From a virus (lineage: Duplodnaviria; Caudoviricetes): a stretch of DNA of 60,950 nt. The position numbers and the translations under genes are program-made. Of this stretch, positions 18,733 through 26,638 are shown piece after piece. Every line of letters starts with the position of its first letter. Positions within the stretch are counted from its first letter, which is position 1. Below the pieces are notes generated by a model, which was given only the letters and a program-made list of their open reading frames with translations, searched no databases and was not told the DNA's origin. Location: IMG/VR virus record IMGVR_UViG_3300032102_000021, positions 1-60,950 of that record; one strand, given 5' to 3'.

Positions 18733-21596
18733 GTTCACCCAGCCATCCGTTCGCCCACAGCATCACCGTCCGCAATCCTTTCCATCCGCACCAGGACCGC
18801 CAGATCACGGCCATCCCGGGGCCGGTGGCTTTGCGTGCGTTGGTGCCCGAGACGGATCAGCCCATCCTGGTGCTGCGCAATGGCGAAGCCCAGTTGCGAG
18901 CCACCTGGGATCAACCGGTGTGCTGCGGCGACCTGATCGCCATCATTGTGCTGCCCCAAGGTGGTGGCGGTGGTGGGTCAAACCCCCTGCGCATGGTGCT
19001 GATGCTGGCGGTGATGGTCTACGCGCCAGTGCTGGCATCTGAGCTGATCGGTATCAATGGCGCGGCCGTGCTCGGCTCGATGGGCGTATCGGCTGTGCAG
19101 GCAGGTGCCACCATGCTGGGCATGGCGCTGGTCAATGCGGTCATCCCGCCGCCCAAGCCCACCACGGCGCAGCAGGCGGCGAGTTTGGCCGCGCCATCGC
19201 CCACCTACAACCTGCAAGCGCAGGGCAATATGGCGCGGCTCGATCAGGCCATTCCGGTTCAGTACGGCAGGGTCTGTGCGTACCCAGACTTCGCTGCGCA
19301 GCCCTATGTCGAATACGCCGGTAACGAGCAGTACCTGTATCAGCTGCTGTGTCTGGGCATGGGGGAATACGCCATCGAGGCGATTCGCATTGAGGACACC
19401 CCGGTCGCCAACTTCGCCGAGATCGACTACGAGGTGATTGCGCCGAGCGGTGCGATCACCAAGTTCCCAACCAATGTGGTCAGTTCGGTGGAGGTCTCTG
19501 GGCAGGAACTGGCGGGAAGCCTTGGGGCGACCTACAGTCAGTCCGGAACGACGATCACCGTCAACTTGGCTGCGCATGGCTATGCCGTGGGCCGGGTGCT
19601 GTACCTGGATGTCACATCTGGTGCGGCGGTGAGCGGTGCCTATTCGATTGCCACAGTGCCAAGCGCCGATACCTTCACGGTCACGGCGGCCAGCAGTCTC
19701 GCGACCAGTGGCAACGTCACCCTGCAGCACTACATCGGCGGCTTCGTGGCCAATGCCGCTGGCTCCCAGGCCAACACCCTGGGGCTGGACTTTGTGCTCT
19801 CTCGCGGCCTGTATGAGGCCCAAACCGACGGCACCTTGAGTGAATTGACGCTCTCGGTTGCCATTGAGGCGCGGACGGTCAACGACCTGGGCGTAGCAAC
19901 GGGCAACTGGTCCGTCTTGGGTCAGCGCTTTTACACCGCCAAAACCACCACGCCGCAGCGCTACTCGGAGCGATTCACCGTGGCCGCTGGCCGCTACGAA
20001 GTGCGCGTGCGGCGCCTGGATGCCAAGCAGACCGATACGCGCTTTGGCCATGAAATTCTCTGGGGAGGCCTCAGGGCCTATCTGCCGGAGACACGGACCT
20101 TTGGCAACGTGACGTTGATTGCGATGCGCATGCGCGCTTCCAACAACTTGTCGGCCCAGGCCTCACGCAAGATCAATGTCGTCTGCACACGCAAACTGTC
20201 TGTGTGGAACGGCAGCAGCTGGTCAGCGCCGGTGGCCACGCGCAGCATCGCCTGGGCGCTGGCAGACGCCTGCCGCAACACCACCTACGGGGCCAAGCTT
20301 GCGGACGCCCGATTGGATCTGGCCGGGCTCAAGATGCTAGACACACTGTGGGCCAGCCGTGGGGATGAATTCAACGCCCGATTTGATTCGGCGCTGAATT
20401 TCTGGGAGGCGATCACCAAGATCGCGCAGGCGGGGCGGTCCAAGCCCTACATGCTTGGCGGCATCATCCGCTTCGCGCGCGACGGTGCGCAGAGCCTGCC
20501 GGTGGCCATGTTCTCGATGCGAAACATCGTGCGCGGCAGTTTCAGTGTCGAGTACCTGCTGCCCTCGGACGACATGGCCGATGCGGTGGATGTGGGCTAT
20601 TGGGACGCTGAAGTTTGGGCATCGCGCCGCGTCACTGCCAAGATGCCAGACAGCGCAGCCAGCAAACCGGCCAGGATCGAACTCTTTGGGGTGACCAGCC
20701 GCCAGCAGGCCTACCGAGAAGGGTTGTATCAGGCCGCCAGCAACCGCTGCCGTCGCCGGTTGGTGAAGTTCACCACCGAGATGGAAGGTTTCATTCCGGC
20801 CTTCGGTGACCTGATTGCCATCCAGCACGATATGCCCGCCTGGGGCCAGTTTGCCGAATGCACTGGGTGGAATGCGGCAAGTCGAACGCTCACGGTGTCT
20901 GAGCCGCTGACCTGGAGCATTGCCAATCACTACATTGGTTTTAGGACCAAAGCCGGTGGCGTGGACGGACCCTATGCAGTCAGCCGTGGTGCGTCAGACA
21001 ACGAGATGGTGCTGACGACCCATCCCGTGACCGTGCCTTACGCCGGACAGGATTACGAGCGCACGCACATCGCCTTCGGCTGGGGTGAGACATGGCGGCA
21101 GCTGGCCAAGGTCGTTGCCGTGCGCCCGCGCGGTCTGCACCAGGTCGAGATCGAGGCCATCAACGAAGACCCATCGGTGCATACCGCCGACCAGGGGGTC
21201 ACGGCACCAGCGGTGGTGACGAGCCAGTTGACCACGCTCTACACCACGCCACTGATCGCAGACCTGACCTTGAGGTCATCCACGACGGACAACAGCAAGG
21301 CTTTGCTGACCTGGACGCCAGCACCGGGTGCTGAGACCTACCAGATCGAGATGGCCGCGGGCAGCAACCCGTATGCGGCCAACCTGGTCTGGACCCGGGT
21401 GGGCGAGACCTCGGCCAACAACTTTGCGGTCACCGCGCTGTATGGCGCGCAGACCCTGATCCGGGTGCGTGGCGTGGGCCTCACAGCCGGGCCTTGGGTG
21501 GCGCTTTTCTACGGCAGCAGTGCCGACTACATGTGGGTCAGCGATGGCCAATTGATGTGGGAGGCCGATGCCGCCTCGTTGATGTGGCGCTATTGA
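18714..21596 (+). CDS. Tail tip / host specificity protein (TipJ family)
   Basis: 960 aa; IPVQYGRV..YPD, YLYQLLCLGMGEY, GRYEVRVRR, TRSIAWALAD. Confidence 0.92.
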   Translation: MASTALSSPSHPFAHSITVRNPFHPHQDRQITAIPGPVALRALVPETDQPILVLRNGEAQLRATWDQPVCCGDLIAIIVLPQGGGGGGSNPLRMVLMLAVMVYAPVLASELIGINGAAVLGSMGVSAVQAGATMLGMALVNAVIPPPKPTTAQQAASLAAPSPTYNLQAQGNMARLDQAIPVQYGRVCAYPDFAAQPYVEYAGNEQYLYQLLCLGMGEYAIEAIRIEDTPVANFAEIDYEVIAPSGAITKFPTNVVSSVEVSGQELAGSLGATYSQSGTTITVNLAAHGYAVGRVLYLDVTSGAAVSGAYSIATVPSADTFTVTAASSLATSGNVTLQHYIGGFVANAAGSQANTLGLDFVLSRGLYEAQTDGTLSELTLSVAIEARTVNDLGVATGNWSVLGQRFYTAKTTTPQRYSERFTVAAGRYEVRVRRLDAKQTDTRFGHEILWGGLRAYLPETRTFGNVTLIAMRMRASNNLSAQASRKINVVCTRKLSVWNGSSWSAPVATRSIAWALADACRNTTYGAKLADARLDLAGLKMLDTLWASRGDEFNARFDSALNFWEAITKIAQAGRSKPYMLGGIIRFARDGAQSLPVAMFSMRNIVRGSFSVEYLLPSDDMADAVDVGYWDAEVWASRRVTAKMPDSAASKPARIELFGVTSRQQAYREGLYQAASNRCRRRLVKFTTEMEGFIPAFGDLIAIQHDMPAWGQFAECTGWNAASRTLTVSEPLTWSIANHYIGFRTKAGGVDGPYAVSRGASDNEMVLTTHPVTVPYAGQDYERTHIAFGWGETWRQLAKVVAVRPRGLHQVEIEAINEDPSVHTADQGVTAPAVVTSQLTTLYTTPLIADLTLRSSTTDNSKALLTWTPAPGAETYQIEMAAGSNPYAANLVWTRVGETSANNFAVTALYGAQTLIRVRGVGLTAGPWVALFYGSSADYMWVSDGQLMWEADAASLMWRY

Positions 21597-21625
21597 GAGC
21601 CCAAGCAAAGAACAGGAGAACAATA

Positions 21626-21964
21626 ATGAGCGCCCCCAAGTACGACATCGAACTGGCGCAAGGCGAAACCTTTTTTACGGCACTCACGCTCGACGAGGGC
21701 GGTGCCGTGATGGACCTGCAAGGCTATGCCTTTGAAGGTCAGATCCGTGCCACACCTGAAAGTCCGACTGTGCTGGCGAGCTTTGGTTTTGATGAAAGTC
21801 GGCTCTCCAGCGGCACGGTGGCCATCACCTTGTCGGCGGCAGTCACCGAAAGCTTGCCGGTGCGTGCTTGCGTCTATGACCTCTTCATGACCAGCCCGGC
21901 AGGTATTCGCACCCAGCTGCTCAAAGGCAGTGTGTTGGTGTCCATGCGAATCACACGCGGCTGA
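21626..21964 (+). CDS. Small tail adaptor protein (BppU-N-like)
   Basis: QGETF, DLQGY...QIR, VYDL, LLKGSV pattern; AGGAG SD. Confidence 0.7.
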   Translation: MSAPKYDIELAQGETFFTALTLDEGGAVMDLQGYAFEGQIRATPESPTVLASFGFDESRLSSGTVAITLSAAVTESLPVRACVYDLFMTSPAGIRTQLLKGSVLVSMRITRG

Positions 21965-21982
21965 AGGGAGTCGAGAGACACC

Positions 21983-22186
21983 ATGGCCATCCGCATTTCC
22001 ATCACCACACCGAGGCAACCCGGAGTCACGGTGCAAACCGACACCCAGACCGTGCGGGTCCAGCCGCAAGGCGTGCGCACAGTACTCACCAACATTGGCG
22101 TCCCGGGTCCTACCGGCCCCAAGGGTGACAAAGGCGATCAAGGCGTGCTTGACCCCAACGCCGTGATCGACGCTGGCTACTTCTGA
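21983..22186 (+). CDS. Short collagen-repeat protein
   Basis: GVPGPTGPKGDKGDQG; ends in IDAGYF. Confidence 0.75.
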   Translation: MAIRISITTPRQPGVTVQTDTQTVRVQPQGVRTVLTNIGVPGPTGPKGDKGDQGVLDPNAVIDAGYF

Positions 22187-22220
22187 TTTTGCGCAGGTAT
22201 CAACTTCAAGGAGGGATTTC

Positions 22221-23420
22221 ATGCCCCAAACCCTACAGATCAAACGCTCGGCCACAACTGCCACGCCACCCACATTGGCTGTGGGTGAACTGGCTTGGTC
22301 CGAGGTTTCAGACAATCTCTTCATTGGCGAGAGCGGCAACGTGGTCACGCCGATCGCAGGTGCAGGCACGTTTGCCCGCAAAGCCGATAGTCTCGCCATC
22401 ACCGGTGACGTATCCGGTACCGGAACCCTGTCTTCTGGTGTCGCGGTCGCTTTGCCAGCCACGGGTGTGACCGCAGGCAGCTATGGCAACGCCACCCAGG
22501 TCGGTCAGTTCACGGTCGATGCCAAGGGTCGCATTACGGCTGCAGCCCAAGTGTCGATCACGCCTGCCTGGACGGTCATCACTGGCAAGCCCACCACACT
22601 GAGTGGTTACGGCATCACCGATGCCCTGGCCCTGACCACGGCAGTACCCAGTGCCCTGGCTGCCAGCGCATCGGTCGGCACGGCCACAACAGCCGCACGC
22701 GCCGACCACGTCCATGTGCTGCCCACGGCCGCCGCTGTTGGGGCGGTGGCCACCAGTGTGGTGGGCGTGGCCAATGGCGTGGCAGGGCTGGGGGCAGATG
22801 GTAAGGTGCCCACGGCGCAATTGCCGGATGTGGCCATTGGAGGCTTGAACTATCAGGGCACCTGGAACGCCAGCACCAACACACCCACCATCCCGACGGC
22901 GTCCAGCAGCAACAAGGGCTTCTATTACAAGGTGGCCACGGCCGGTAGCACCAACGTCAGTGGCATCACCGACTGGCAAATCGGTGACTGGATTGTGAGC
23001 AACGGCAGCGCCTGGGACAAGATCGACAACACCGATTCAGTCTCCAGCGTCAACGGCGCAACGGGCGCTGTGACCATCACCACCATCACGGGCAATGCAG
23101 GTACTGCCACGAAGCTACTGACTGCTCGAACCATCGCCATGACGGGCGATGTGAGTTGGACGTCCGTTGCTTTTGATGGCTCGGCCAACGTCACGGGCGC
23201 GGCCACCTTGGCCAGTACTGGTGTCGCCGCTTCCAGTTACGGCTCTGGGGCTCTGATCCCCACCTTCACGGTGGATGCCAAAGGTCGCCTGACGGCAGCA
23301 GGCACCACCACCAACACCCCCGCCTGGAGCAGCGTGACCGACAAGCCCACGACGCTGGCGGGCTACGGCATCACGGATGCCTTGTCCATAAGTGCTGCCA
23401 TCGATGGCGGAACGTTCTGA
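22221..23420 (+). CDS. Tail fibre protein with internal repeat
   Basis: Thr/Ala/Gly-rich; FTVDAKGR and KPTTL.GYGITDA occur twice; ends in IDGGTF. Confidence 0.85.
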   Translation: MPQTLQIKRSATTATPPTLAVGELAWSEVSDNLFIGESGNVVTPIAGAGTFARKADSLAITGDVSGTGTLSSGVAVALPATGVTAGSYGNATQVGQFTVDAKGRITAAAQVSITPAWTVITGKPTTLSGYGITDALALTTAVPSALAASASVGTATTAARADHVHVLPTAAAVGAVATSVVGVANGVAGLGADGKVPTAQLPDVAIGGLNYQGTWNASTNTPTIPTASSSNKGFYYKVATAGSTNVSGITDWQIGDWIVSNGSAWDKIDNTDSVSSVNGATGAVTITTITGNAGTATKLLTARTIAMTGDVSWTSVAFDGSANVTGAATLASTGVAASSYGSGALIPTFTVDAKGRLTAAGTTTNTPAWSSVTDKPTTLAGYGITDALSISAAIDGGTF

Positions 23421-23462
23421 GTTTTCTTCAACCCCTCTGCTTAGAGAAAAGGAGGCCTGTTT

Positions 23463-23666
23463 ATGGCTCAAGTCATCAAGGTCAAACAATCGTCTGTGGC
23501 GGGCAAGGTCCCGACCACGACGCAGCTTCAGTTGGGCGAACTGGCCCTGAACACCACGGACGGTAAGCTCTACTTCAAGAAGAACGTGAGTGGTACCGAA
23601 TCGATCGTGACGGTTTCTGCGTCGACCGCTTCTCAAGGTGAAAACACCTTGATGTGGTCCCAGTGA
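23463..23666 (+). CDS. Small fibre adaptor (Mtd/hyaluronidase N-terminal-like motif)
   Basis: IKVKQS...P...L..GELALNTTDGKLYFK; AAGGAGG SD. Confidence 0.75.
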   Translation: MAQVIKVKQSSVAGKVPTTTQLQLGELALNTTDGKLYFKKNVSGTESIVTVSASTASQGENTLMWSQ

Positions 23667-23679
23667 ACGGGAGATATGC

Positions 23680-24630
23680 ATGCCTGCATTGCCACCCATT
23701 TCCAATTTCACGGGCTCGACGGTCACCGAGGGTCAGTTCAAGACGGCGCTCAACGATTTGCGCTCGTACCTGGCAGGACTGCTCGGTACAGACGGAAACC
23801 CAGCGACTGCCCTGACCACGCTGGGCTCGCTCGGTTCCGGTTACGTCAGCAAAACAGCGACCTACACCGTCGTTGCCAGCGACCGTGGCCGGATGATCGA
23901 CTGCAGCGGGACTTTCACGCTGAACTTGACCGCCTCTGCCACGCTGGGTGCTGGATTCACCATCGCTGTGCGCAATTCAGGCACTGGGGTGGTGACATTG
24001 GATCCCAGTGGAGCCGAGTTGATTGACGGGGTTACCACCGTGACACTCGCGCCGGGCGAGGCCTATGACCTGTATTGCACCGGAACAGCCTGGAGAACAT
24101 CCGGACGAGTGCTCACCACATCCTTTGCCACAGACGAATACGTCAAACAGAGTTTCAGCCTGTTCCAGACGTTCAGTTCGCTGGCACCTGGAGCCAGCCG
24201 CTCGATTGGCTCACCGAGCTACATGATCTGGGCGAGTTACTCCAGCACGCAGTGGTCACGAGGCACCTACTACACAAACATGTTCTATATGGCATCGCAG
24301 GGCAAAAGCTCTGTGCAAGTCAACGTGGGCAACTGCCGGCACACGATCTGGAACTACAGCACCACCAAGTCGATGCAGATCAATCTGACGGCAGTCATCA
24401 ACTTTGCGGCTGATGACACCTATGGATTTCAGATCCGCCAAAACGGCTCCATTGTGGGCACCTATGGCACGTACTCGGCCCGAGGCGTGCAGACCTACAA
24501 CTTCGGCACGTTCACGGTGCCGCCCAACAGCACGGTCACGTTTGACCTGTATGGCTCGATCCTGAGTGGCTCCAGTGGCGACTCGATTTACGTGAACTCT
24601 TTCACGGCCACCTACATCCAGTTCGTTTGA
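23680..24630 (+). CDS. Tail fibre / putative receptor-binding protein
   Basis: N-terminal anchor, KTATYTVVASDRG fibre domain, aromatic beta-rich C-terminus. Confidence 0.8.
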   Translation: MPALPPISNFTGSTVTEGQFKTALNDLRSYLAGLLGTDGNPATALTTLGSLGSGYVSKTATYTVVASDRGRMIDCSGTFTLNLTASATLGAGFTIAVRNSGTGVVTLDPSGAELIDGVTTVTLAPGEAYDLYCTGTAWRTSGRVLTTSFATDEYVKQSFSLFQTFSSLAPGASRSIGSPSYMIWASYSSTQWSRGTYYTNMFYMASQGKSSVQVNVGNCRHTIWNYSTTKSMQINLTAVINFAADDTYGFQIRQNGSIVGTYGTYSARGVQTYNFGTFTVPPNSTVTFDLYGSILSGSSGDSIYVNSFTATYIQFV

Positions 24631-24636
24631 GGAGGA

Positions 24637-24873
24637 ATGATGCAGCGCCTTTATTTCAATTTCCAAAAAGGGGACGTCAGGCTTGTACCGCTGGAGGTTT
24701 GTCCTTCGATCGAGGACGAAACCAGCTTTCCGAATGCGGACATTCCGGATGACGTCACCATGGAGATGATCAGCTTCAAGGCCGTTGAAGGCCGCCTGGA
24801 TCCAGTCATCACGTACCCCTCTATTCCCATCACAGCACAGCCAGAGGCAGGAGGTAGCAATGGCCAGCCCTAA
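24637..24873 (+). CDS. Small acidic protein, possible fibre chaperone
   Basis: GAGGAGG SD; directly after fibre gene. Confidence 0.6.
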   Translation: MMQRLYFNFQKGDVRLVPLEVCPSIEDETSFPNADIPDDVTMEMISFKAVEGRLDPVITYPSIPITAQPEAGGSNGQP

Positions 24874-25240
24874 ATCCCAACTGAGCTTGATCAGCAACCT
24901 ATGGATCAAGCTGATGACCTTCGAGAGGGCCGGTGACGTCAACGAGGGTCATAAGCATGCCTTCGATCACCCCACCTTGCTGGTCAAAGGACGACTGCGA
25001 GTCGATGTGGATGGCGCTGTGTCGGAGTTCACCGCGCCTCACATCATCTTCATTGCCCGCAACAAGGTCCACACCCTGACCGCTCTGGAGGAGGGCACGG
25101 TGGCCGCGTGTATTCACGCCTTGCGTGATGGCGAGCAGGTGGAGGACATCGTCGCTCCCGCCATGATTCCGGCTGGCATCAATCCCAACCACCTGCCCAA
25201 CTTCATCAAGCCACTGGCCAAGGCCGATCACTTCGCCTGA
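24860..25240 (+). CDS. Cupin-fold protein
   Basis: GHKHAFDH...G.L.V and IFIARNKVH cupin motifs; GGAGG SD. Confidence 0.8.
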   Translation: MASPKSQLSLISNLWIKLMTFERAGDVNEGHKHAFDHPTLLVKGRLRVDVDGAVSEFTAPHIIFIARNKVHTLTALEEGTVAACIHALRDGEQVEDIVAPAMIPAGINPNHLPNFIKPLAKADHFA

Positions 25241-25259
25241 AGCACAGACCCTTATCTAC

Positions 25260-25302
25260 GCCCGCCTGGAGACATCCAGTGCGGGCATTTTGCATTTTGG
25301 AG
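25260..25302 (+). promoter_or_regulatory. Stem-loop (terminator/attenuator-like) before lysis cassette
   Basis: GCCCGC-CTGGA-gaca-TCCAG-t-GCGGGC followed by ATTTTGCATTTTGGAG. Confidence 0.6.
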
Positions 25303-25310
25303 ATCCAACT

Positions 25311-25607
25311 ATGGAAAACGCACAAGAACTTGGTTCGCCGCAGTCCATCACCCTGCGCCCCGAGGATCTGGATGACCTGCTCACTCGCGCCGCCGAACGC
25401 GGTGCCGAGCGGTGCCTGGCTCACCTCGGTCTGGAAAACGGTCACGCCGCACGTGACATTCGTGAGCTGCGCGATCTGCTGGAAGCCTGGCGTGATGCCC
25501 GCCGAACGGCTTGGCAGACCACCATCAAGGTCGTGACCACCGGCATCCTGGCCGCTCTGCTGGTGGGAGCCGCCATCAAGTTGAAGCTGATGGGCGGCCC
25601 CCAATGA
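25311..25607 (+). CDS. DUF6127-like membrane protein (holin/antiholin candidate)
   Basis: AAERGA..LAHLGLE...A.RDIRELR.LL.AW plus C-terminal TM. Confidence 0.75.
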   Translation: MENAQELGSPQSITLRPEDLDDLLTRAAERGAERCLAHLGLENGHAARDIRELRDLLEAWRDARRTAWQTTIKVVTTGILAALLVGAAIKLKLMGGPQ

Positions 25608-26080
25608 TTGAAACCTTGCTTGGTGGCCTCCTTGGAGGAGCCTTCCGTCTCGCACCTGAGATTCTGAAGTGGCTGGATCGACAAGGTGAGCGTGGCCATG
25701 AACTGGCGATGCAGGACAAGGCCCTGGAATTTGAGAAATTGCGCGGTGCCCAGCGCATGGCCGAGATCGGTGTGGCATCGGATGCGGCCTGGAATGTTGG
25801 CGCGGTCGAGGCATTGCGTGATGCTGTAGCCGCCCAAGGTCAGAAATCGGGTGTCGGTTGGGCCGATGCCTTGTCGGTCACCGTTCGGCCAGTAATTACT
25901 TACTGGTTCATGGCGCTGTACTGTGCTGCCAAGTCAGCCGCCTTCGTGGCCGCTGTCAGTGCTGGCGCTGGTTGGGGTACAGCCATCGTGCATGCCTGGA
26001 CTGAGGCGGATCAGGCGCTGTGGGCTGGAGTGTTGAACTTCTGGTTCTTGGGGCGTGTGTTCGATCGGGTGCGACCGTGA
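25604..26080 (+). CDS. Holin-like membrane protein
   Basis: VRPVITY and FWFLGR motifs of 3TM holin-like proteins; before endolysin. Confidence 0.7.
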   Translation: MIETLLGGLLGGAFRLAPEILKWLDRQGERGHELAMQDKALEFEKLRGAQRMAEIGVASDAAWNVGAVEALRDAVAAQGQKSGVGWADALSVTVRPVITYWFMALYCAAKSAAFVAAVSAGAGWGTAIVHAWTEADQALWAGVLNFWFLGRVFDRVRP

Positions 26081-26559
26081 TCGAAGTGCCAAAAACGGCT
26101 ATCGAGCTGGCCAAACGCTTCGAGGGGTTTGAGCGCAAGGTGACGAGCGGAATCGAGATCACCGCCGTTCCCTACATCTGTCCAGCAGGTTACTGGACGA
26201 TTGGTTATGGCCACCTATGTGATCCGAAGCACCCGCCAATCACCGAGGCCGAGGCCGAGGTCTATCTGGCGCGCGACCTGCAAACGGCACTCGCAGCCAC
26301 ACTGCGTTATTGCCCGGTTCTTGCCACCGAGCCCGAGCAGCGACTCGGAGCCATCGTAGATTTCACGTTCAACCTCGGGGCTGGGCGGCTGCAAACGTCG
26401 ACGCTGCGTCGGCGCATCAATCAGCGGGACTGGGCAGCCGCCACGTCTGAGCTACGCCGATGGGTCTATGGAGGTGGAAGAGTAATGCCTGGTCTAGTCA
26501 CGCGTAGGAAGGCCGAGGTCACACTAGTCCTTTCATGCTACTCGGGAGGGCCCGTTTGA
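26077..26559 (+). CDS. Endolysin, GH24 lysozyme
   Basis: FEG...Y.CPAG.WTIGYGH, FTFNLG, STL.R, W.YGGG...GLVTRR.AE. Confidence 0.95.
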   Translation: MIEVPKTAIELAKRFEGFERKVTSGIEITAVPYICPAGYWTIGYGHLCDPKHPPITEAEAEVYLARDLQTALAATLRYCPVLATEPEQRLGAIVDFTFNLGAGRLQTSTLRRRINQRDWAAATSELRRWVYGGGRVMPGLVTRRKAEVTLVLSCYSGGPV

Positions 26560-26638
26560 TTGACCATCTGATACGCTGCTTGTATAAAGAACGATTGTCA
26601 AGCCCGTCTGGGCTTCTTCTGTTCAAGCTCGAGATCAT

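Larger units (their letters stand above)
1..26559 (+). mobile_element. Prophage late region (packaging, head, non-contractile tail, lysis); left end lies outside the window
   Basis: Contiguous lambda-like gene order terminase-gpW-portal-S49-decoration-capsid-tail tube-tape measure-TipJ-lysozyme with overlapping stop/start codons. Confidence 0.95.

Noticed and set aside
234-21623. Many long antisense ORFs (e.g. 234-1337, 10729-11916, 13101-14363, 15284-16696)
   Set aside because: Shadow ORFs expected opposite GC3-rich genes; no motifs or RBS, and they fully overlap well-supported phage genes
23680-24630. Diversity-generating retroelement target in the Tyr/Asn-rich fibre C-terminus
   Set aside because: No reverse transcriptase and no template repeat seen in the window
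4724-26559. Gene transfer agent
   Set aside because: GpA terminase, lambda portal, methyltransferases, cargo and integrases fit a temperate phage rather than an RcGTA-type cluster
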